Source of the DNA: Phycisphaeraceae bacterium
Lineage (GTDB): Bacteria; Planctomycetota; Phycisphaerae; Phycisphaerales; Zrk34
Assembly: GCA_040905565.1 (NCBI GenBank)
Contig: JBBDRF010000047.1
Coordinates: 1 to 33,245, forward strand
DNA: 33,245 nt
Direction of reading: 5' to 3'
This document shows, in pieces, positions 27,881 to 33,245 of this stretch. Numbering within the stretch: position 1 is the stretch's first letter; every line of letters begins with the position of its first letter. Both the position numbers and the translations under genes were made by a program. The notes under the pieces are model-generated. The model was not told the DNA's origin and did no database searches. It worked only from the letters and a program-made list of their open reading frames with translations.

Positions 27881-30654
27881 TCGACCGTGGGTAGCTCCGA
27901 ATCGTCGACGGGTTCGTTGATCAGGATGACGGCGAGGGGGTTCTGGAGGTACTGCTGGGCGGCGCGGTGGATGTCGTCGGCGGTGATGGCGCGGATTTGG
28001 GTGATGAGTTGATCGGCCTGGTCGTAGCCGACGCCGTAGAGCTCGTCGATGGCGGCGCTGGAAGCACGCTGGCTGTTGGACTGCATGCCGAACGCTTCGC
28101 GGGTGAGCACAGCGGTGCGGGCGCGGGCGAGGGTGGCGTCGTCAACGGGCTCGGTGCGAATGCGATCAACCTCCGCGAGTGACCGTTCCATGGCCTGTCC
28201 GACCGTCTCAACCTGGGTGTTGAAAAGGACGGCCCAGTAGCCGTCGGTGACGCCGGTCATGAGGCCGGAGCCGACGGCGTAGACGAGCCCGGGGCCCTGA
28301 CCACGCAGGGCCTGATCGAGCCGGCCGACGGGGAAGCTGCTCATCACGCCGTTGAGCACGAGCATTGCGGGGTAATCTTCGTTCTGCCTTGCGAGGCCGG
28401 GGTAGCCGATCTGCACGGCGGCGATCGGCTTGTTCGTGGGCACCTGCACGACGCGAGGCTCGACGGTGGGCGACTGCGGCAGCTCGAAGGCGTGGTCGGC
28501 CTGCTCGGGAAGGTCAGCGAAAAGCTCGCGGGCGGCGGAGACGACCTCTTCTTCGTTGATGTCGCCGAACACGGCCAGCACGCTGTTGGAGGCGGAGAAG
28601 CGCGAGCCGTGGTAAGCGCGAAGCTGATCGGCGGTGGCACCTTCGACGACGCCGGCGTGGCCGAGCAGCGAGCTGGACCATGGGTGGGATTCACCGAAGA
28701 AGTTGGTGCGGAAGTTGTTTCGCAGCTGGGAGTGCCACTGGTCGTTTTCCGAGGCGATGGCGGCGAGCAGGCGCGGCTGCAGGCGTTGCCATTCGTCTTC
28801 GGGGAAGGTCGGCTGCTGGATGACGTCGCCCATGAGGGCCATGACGGCGGGCCAATCTTCGGAGAGGCTTTGGGCATTGACGACGTAGGTGCTGTTGCCG
28901 GTGGAGGCGGCCATCTGGGCACCGAGGGATTCGAGTTCACGGGTGATCTCGTCCGCGGAGCGGTCGCCGGCGCCGCGCATCAGCATCTGCATGGTGGCGT
29001 TGGCGAGGCCCTGGCTTCCGGGCTCGTCGCCGAGGAGGCCGCCGAGGTGGTACCACTGCATGGCGACAACGGGCAGCTGCGTGTTCCGCTGCGTGACGAG
29101 GCGGAGGCCGTTGGGCAGGGTGTGCATGCGCACGGGGCCGACTTCCACGGGCGTGATCTCGCTGGTGCGGGCCTCGCGAGCCTTCATCCGTGCGACAAGT
29201 TTGCTGTTGTCGAGATCGACCAGTTCGACGCGTGGCTCGCGGCCGGTGGCGGCGGCGACGGGAGGATCTTCACGCGTCAGCGGCTGAATGTCGCCTTCCT
29301 GCGGCATCAGCTTCACGGTGATGGTTTCTTCGGGTTCGAGGATCGCGCGGGCGGCGCGAAGCAGATCGCCGGCGGTGACCTGCTCGATCGCCTCGGCGTA
29401 ACGCTGAAGGTAGTCGGGGTCGCCGGTGTGGATGAAGTCGCCCGCCAGCCTTGCGGCCGTCGCCTCGGCGGTCTGGCTGGAGTAAACGACGGAGGCGACG
29501 GTCTTGCTCTTGGCGCGTTGCAGTTCATCGCTCATGACGCCGTCACGGCTGATGCGTGCGACCTCGGCGAGGATGGCGTCGCGTGCTTCATCGACTTTTC
29601 CGGGGACGACGGTGGCGTCGATGCCGAAGAACCCTTCGCCCCAGGCGAAGCTGGCGTTGTAGGCGGAGATGCTGGTGACGAGCTGCTGCTCATCGCGGAC
29701 GCTCTGGGCGAGCCGGGAGAGTTCGCCTTGGCCGAGGATCTGGCTGAGTAGATCGAGCGCGTAATCGTGTTCGCCGCCGAGGCGTGTGCCGGGCCAGGCG
29801 ATGCGAAGGCGGGGACGATCGATGTCGGCCTGGCCGGTGAGTTCGACTGGTTCGCCTGAGGATTCTTCAACGGGGAAGACGACGCCGGGGAGGCGTTTGG
29901 ACTCGGCATCGCCCCAGAGGTTCCTCACCTGCTGGACGACGGCTTCCTTGTCGATATCGCCCGAGACGACGAAGACCATGTTGTTGGGGACGTACATGGT
30001 GCGGTAAAAATCGTAGATCTGGTCACGCGTGACGGCGAGGAATTCATCGAGGTAGCCGATGGTTGGATGGCGCGCTGGGTGCTGCTGATAGCGGGCCTGC
30101 TGGGTGAGCTTCCAGAAGATGCGGCCGGGTTCAGAGTCGCCCATCTCGAACTCGCGCTGGATCACATCACGCTCACGCGCGAACTCTTCGTCGCTGATGA
30201 CGGAGTTGAGCATCCAGTCGCTCATGAGGTCGACGGCGGTGTCGGTGTGCTCGGCGCTCGTGTTCACGTAATAGCGGACGGTATCGAGGCTGGTGGCGGC
30301 GTTCACCTGGGCGCCGATGCGGCCGACGATGGCGTTGGATTCGGATTCGGTGCGCGTGGTGGTGGTCCCGCCGGAGACCAGGTGCTCGAGGAAATGGCTG
30401 AGGCCGGCCCCGTTGTACTGGCCCTCGTAGATGGAGCCGGTTTTGACCCATGTTTGGACGCTGACGACTGGGGCGGTGGGTACTTCCTGTGCGATGACGA
30501 CGAGGCCGTTATCCAGCTGCACCACGAGACGATCGGGACGTTCAGACAAGGTTCCATGCTCCGTCATCTGATTGGTTTGACAGCCGCTGAGCAGCCCTGC
30601 GCCGAGGACCGCGACAAGAACGGCAACCATCGTCTTTTTTACATTGCTACCCAT
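27877..30654 (-). CDS. M16 family (pitrilysin/insulinase-like) zinc peptidase, lipoprotein, fused two-half form
   Basis: Lipobox LSGC, GLSHFLEH (inverted HXXEH), NAATS, ERDVIQRE, YVPNNM; the second half lacks HXXEH. Exact start uncertain. Confidence 0.93.
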   Translation of the reverse strand: MGSNVKKTMVAVLVAVLGAGLLSGCQTNQMTEHGTLSERPDRLVVQLDNGLVVIAQEVPTAPVVSVQTWVKTGSIYEGQYNGAGLSHFLEHLVSGGTTTTRTESESNAIVGRIGAQVNAATSLDTVRYYVNTSAEHTDTAVDLMSDWMLNSVISDEEFARERDVIQREFEMGDSEPGRIFWKLTQQARYQQHPARHPTIGYLDEFLAVTRDQIYDFYRTMYVPNNMVFVVSGDIDKEAVVQQVRNLWGDAESKRLPGVVFPVEESSGEPVELTGQADIDRPRLRIAWPGTRLGGEHDYALDLLSQILGQGELSRLAQSVRDEQQLVTSISAYNASFAWGEGFFGIDATVVPGKVDEARDAILAEVARISRDGVMSDELQRAKSKTVASVVYSSQTAEATAARLAGDFIHTGDPDYLQRYAEAIEQVTAGDLLRAARAILEPEETITVKLMPQEGDIQPLTREDPPVAAATGREPRVELVDLDNSKLVARMKAREARTSEITPVEVGPVRMHTLPNGLRLVTQRNTQLPVVAMQWYHLGGLLGDEPGSQGLANATMQMLMRGAGDRSADEITRELESLGAQMAASTGNSTYVVNAQSLSEDWPAVMALMGDVIQQPTFPEDEWQRLQPRLLAAIASENDQWHSQLRNNFRTNFFGESHPWSSSLLGHAGVVEGATADQLRAYHGSRFSASNSVLAVFGDINEEEVVSAARELFADLPEQADHAFELPQSPTVEPRVVQVPTNKPIAAVQIGYPGLARQNEDYPAMLVLNGVMSSFPVGRLDQALRGQGPGLVYAVGSGLMTGVTDGYWAVLFNTQVETVGQAMERSLAEVDRIRTEPVDDATLARARTAVLTREAFGMQSNSQRASSAAIDELYGVGYDQADQLITQIRAITADDIHRAAQQYLQNPLAVILINEPVDDSELPTVE

Positions 30655-30708
30655 AGGACCACTCCGCAATCTGTTAGTAATCGAGCGGCGTTCCGTGTGA
30701 CGCCGGGC

Positions 30709-31245
30709 TCAGCGATCGGACGAAGAATCGTCTTGATCGCCTTGTTGTTGGTTATCTGCGAGGGTGCGGTTCAACTCACGCTTGAGATGCCGGAACCGGA
30801 GGAGGCTTTTGACACGTGTGACCAGTTCCAGTTTTTTCACCGGCTTTGAGACGAAATCGTCGGTGCCGGATTCTACGCCGCGTTCGACATCGCCGAGTTC
30901 GTTCAGTGCGGTCACCATGATGATGGGGATGGCACGGGTGGCGGGGTCGCTTTTGAGTTTCTTACACACTTCGAAGCCGCTCATGCGGGGCATCATCACG
31001 TCGAGAAGGATAACGTCGGGCTCTTCACGCTCGACGGCGGCAAGGGCTTCGAGGCCGTCTGTCGCGGTGACGATGCGACAGGGCAGCCCTTCAAGGTACG
31101 CCTGCAGAAGCTCAAGGTTCTGTTGATTGTCGTCCACGATGAGAATGGTGGAATCGGTGAGGTCGATTTCACCGGCATCGCTGGAGGACTTCACGACGGG
31201 TTTCTGGGCGCTGGCGCCCCTGGCGAGGGGATCGGAGGCGTTCAT
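30709..31245 (-). CDS. Single-domain response regulator (receiver plus short coiled coil)
   Basis: ILIVDD, ILLDVMMP, MVTA, DDFVSKP; no output domain. Confidence 0.93.
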   Translation of the reverse strand: MNASDPLARGASAQKPVVKSSSDAGEIDLTDSTILIVDDNQQNLELLQAYLEGLPCRIVTATDGLEALAAVEREEPDVILLDVMMPRMSGFEVCKKLKSDPATRAIPIIMVTALNELGDVERGVESGTDDFVSKPVKKLELVTRVKSLLRFRHLKRELNRTLADNQQQGDQDDSSSDR

Positions 31246-31389
31246 GCACGTGCCTTCACGCAAGATAAAAATTACAGGCAGCCTTCAACCCGGCACACGT
31301 GTAGCCGGTTCCGTGACGATACGCCGCCTCGGCACGGTTGGCAAGAAGGGCAGAGGATCGGGGGGGCGATTGTGGGCAAGCGCCGGAAT

Positions 31390-31419
31390 ACGAGCCGCGA
31401 CCGTAAGGGCGCGGTTGTG
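31390..31419 (+). repeat. REP-like hairpin family A, solo copy
   Basis: ACGAGCCGCGACCGTAAGGGCGCGGTTGTG, 29/30 to the reverse complement of 20240-20269 and sharing the GAAT 5' flank. Confidence 0.9.
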
Positions 31420-31512
31420 TCCAGACAACTTGTGAAAGCGAGGGGCATGAAACTGCGACTCCCCTTTTGCAGGTTTGTTCGCAGCGGTCATGAAGTTGCG
31501 ATGCGTCATCGT

Positions 31513-32037
31513 TCAGATGTTGCGTCGCATCTGCTGGGCCTGTGGGCGGAGGGCCTGACGGCGGGGGGGGCGGGCATGGGCTTCGTGGATTTTGGCGAGA
31601 ATCTGCTGGGCGAGGCAGCTTTCGATGGCGACGTCTTCGAGCGTTTCCACCGCTTCCATCAACTCGTTCTGCGAGAGGGGGGTTTGCCGGAGGGATTCGC
31701 GTGTCTGTTCAAGCGATTGCGATGCAGCGCTCACGATGCGGATCATGGTATCGAGGGCGTCTTCCGCATCGATCTTGCCGTCGGCGTTCACATCCAGCGA
31801 GGCATGGGGGCCACGCACCTGCCAGGCGGTGCCTCGGATGGTGTGCAGCAGGAGGACACGCTGGGCCCGTGCGTTGGGAAGATGGCGAATGAGCAAACGA
31901 ATGGAATCGTAAGGCGGCTGGGTCTGGCCGTTCACCCAGCGATAAACGGTCGACGGGGCGACGCCCGCCAGTTCCCCGATTTCACCGACGCTCGTCAGTT
32001 GTTGGTCTATCAGATTCCGCAATGCCGCACTAATCAT
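31513..32037 (-). CDS. XRE/Cro-like HTH protein with a dockerin/EF-hand-like loop
   Basis: SVGEIGELAGVAPSTVYRWVNGQTQP HTH; DVNADGKIDAED loop; AAGGGG upstream of ATG 32037. Confidence 0.8.
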   Translation of the reverse strand: MISAALRNLIDQQLTSVGEIGELAGVAPSTVYRWVNGQTQPPYDSIRLLIRHLPNARAQRVLLLHTIRGTAWQVRGPHASLDVNADGKIDAEDALDTMIRIVSAASQSLEQTRESLRQTPLSQNELMEAVETLEDVAIESCLAQQILAKIHEAHARPPRRQALRPQAQQMRRNI

Positions 32038-32148
32038 TATTAACCCCTTTGGACGAAGGTGCTTTGAATCGGCAGCAATTGTACCCAATCGTCAACGCCA
32101 GATGCGGGCAGCGGGCGATGCAATTTTGCGACTGTGCGAAAGGCACAG

Positions 32149-32236
32149 AGCCGGTCTGCCCCCAGCCCGGTCGCGTGGGAGACGAATCAGCGCGTTGGGC
32201 GGCGCATGGAAAAACCGGGCTGGGGACAGCCCGGCT
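32149..32236. repeat. Inverted doublet of hairpin repeat family B
   Basis: 32149-32171 and 32214-32236 are inverted copies (21/23) with a 42-nt spacer. Confidence 0.7.
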
Positions 32237-32237
32237 T
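32209..32237 (-). terminator. Intrinsic terminator after the amidohydrolase gene
   Basis: Minus strand CCGGGCTG-TCCC-CAGCCCGG followed by TTTTT, about 20 nt after the stop. Confidence 0.7.
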
Positions 32238-32257
32238 CGGGGGGATGCGTTTCGGGT

Positions 32258-33085
32258 TCAGGCGGTCTTGAGGTTGTAGAACCTGGCGGCGGTCTTGCCG
32301 AGGATCTGCATGCGTTCGTCGTGCGAGAGCTCGGTGAGGGTGTTCACGATGCCCTGGTAGGTCTGCTGATAGGTCGCCGCGAGTTCGCAGATGGGCCAGT
32401 CCGAGCCGAACATGCAGCGTTCGGGGCCGAAGGCTTCAAGGGCGGTGTGGACGTAGGGCCGGAGGTCGCCGACAGTCCAGTTCTTCGAATCCGCCTGGGT
32501 GATCAGGCCCGACAGCTTGCAGTACATCTGATCGCAAGCGGCGGCGGCTTTGATGTCTTCCGCCCAGCCGTCGAGCTTGCCGCTTTTGACGGGCGGCCTG
32601 GCGAGGTGGTCGATGACCATCGGCAACTCAGGCAGCTCTCGGCCGAGCGTCGCGGCGTGCTTGAGGTGGTGAGGCTGAAAGAGCAGATCGAAGGGGACGC
32701 GGTGTTTCTCGAGCACCTTGAGGTTGGTCAGCACGTCGTCACGCACGACGAAGTCGTCGTCCGCTTCTTCGTCGACGCGATGGGTGACGCCGACGAACTT
32801 GGGATGTTCGTGGAGCTCGTCGAACTGCTGCCGGAAGTCGGACGCGCCGAGGTCGGCCCATGCGACGATGCCGCCGATGAACGCGTGCTTCTCGGCAAGC
32901 TCGAAGGCCCAGCGGTTGGCGTCGGCGCTGTGCTCCTGCTGGACGAAGACCGTCTGGTCGACGCTGACCTGCTCAAGCAGCGGTTCGATGTCTTCAGGCA
33001 GAAAGCGACGGCGGATGGGCTTGCGCTCGAGCGGCTGCGCCTGCTGCCAGAAACGTTGATGCGAATCGATCATGTAAAAACTCAT
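32258..33085 (-). CDS. Amidohydrolase family protein (L-fuconolactonase-like)
   Basis: IDSHQ-FW, TVFVQ, VIDHLARP, CKLSGL, AFGPERCMFGSDWP, TAARFY. Start at ATG 33085 or 33073. Confidence 0.9.
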   Translation of the reverse strand: MSFYMIDSHQRFWQQAQPLERKPIRRRFLPEDIEPLLEQVSVDQTVFVQQEHSADANRWAFELAEKHAFIGGIVAWADLGASDFRQQFDELHEHPKFVGVTHRVDEEADDDFVVRDDVLTNLKVLEKHRVPFDLLFQPHHLKHAATLGRELPELPMVIDHLARPPVKSGKLDGWAEDIKAAAACDQMYCKLSGLITQADSKNWTVGDLRPYVHTALEAFGPERCMFGSDWPICELAATYQQTYQGIVNTLTELSHDERMQILGKTAARFYNLKTA

Positions 33086-33245
33086 GGGGGATACTTCTAC
33101 CATAAAACGCGGGGCGTTTCAGGGGGTGGCCGTACATAGCTCGGGCCTTGGCCGGGGAGATTGCGGGGACCCCCGCCAAGGCCGGGGCGATGTGCGCGCG
33201 GCCGCGCCCGCTTCTGCTTGGTGGGCCGCGGCCGAGGGGTGGCGG

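Noticed and set aside
28492..29751. 419-aa ORF antisense to the M16 peptidase (similarly 25176-26216 and 32102-33139)
   Set aside because: Antisense shadow frames without independent evidence.
20208..31297. Palindrome ACACGTGT seen three times (about 20208, 30812, 31290)
   Set aside because: One copy is inside a CDS; too short and inconsistent in position to support a binding site.
18547..31419. Family A repeats as a CRISPR array
   Set aside because: Copies are dispersed and inverted, not regularly spaced direct repeats; no cas genes.
33144..33183. 9-bp stem GGCCTTGGC...GCCAAGGCC near the window end
   Set aside because: Single copy in very GC-rich sequence, no U-tract, and context is cut off by the window edge.

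Overview
GC-rich bacterial chromosomal window, most consistent with a planctomycete of the Phycisphaerae type (inferred from gene content and repeat style, not proven). About 26 genes are supportable. They are mostly housekeeping: dapF, murQ, fumC, rnhA, ribH-nusB-ftsY, dnaG-rpoD and purF. There is also an Fe(III)-type ABC transporter operon, a Na+/Pi cotransporter, two DJ-1/PfpI paralogs, M48 and M16 peptidases, a DUF1080-type protein, an amidohydrolase, and three scattered signalling modules (Hpt, PAS/GAF kinase, stand-alone receiver). No rRNA, tRNA, CRISPR array, transposase or phage gene was seen. The most interesting unexplained signals are: (1) six copies of a ~30-bp REP-like hairpin, four of them forming two ~155-bp inverted doublets with mutually related interiors, plus three further unrelated REP-like palindrome types; (2) a probable lipoprotein with a helical N-terminus and a C-terminal JAB/MPN-like metalloprotease motif next to an M48 protease; (3) an XRE-type HTH protein carrying a dockerin/EF-hand-like Ca2+ loop; (4) a Na+/Pi cotransporter with an extra exported TPR-like domain; (5) an extreme, orientation-independent local C/A versus G/T strand skew; (6) a structured ~580-bp dnaG-purF intergenic region; and (7) a Fur-box-like operator inside the iron ABC promoter.
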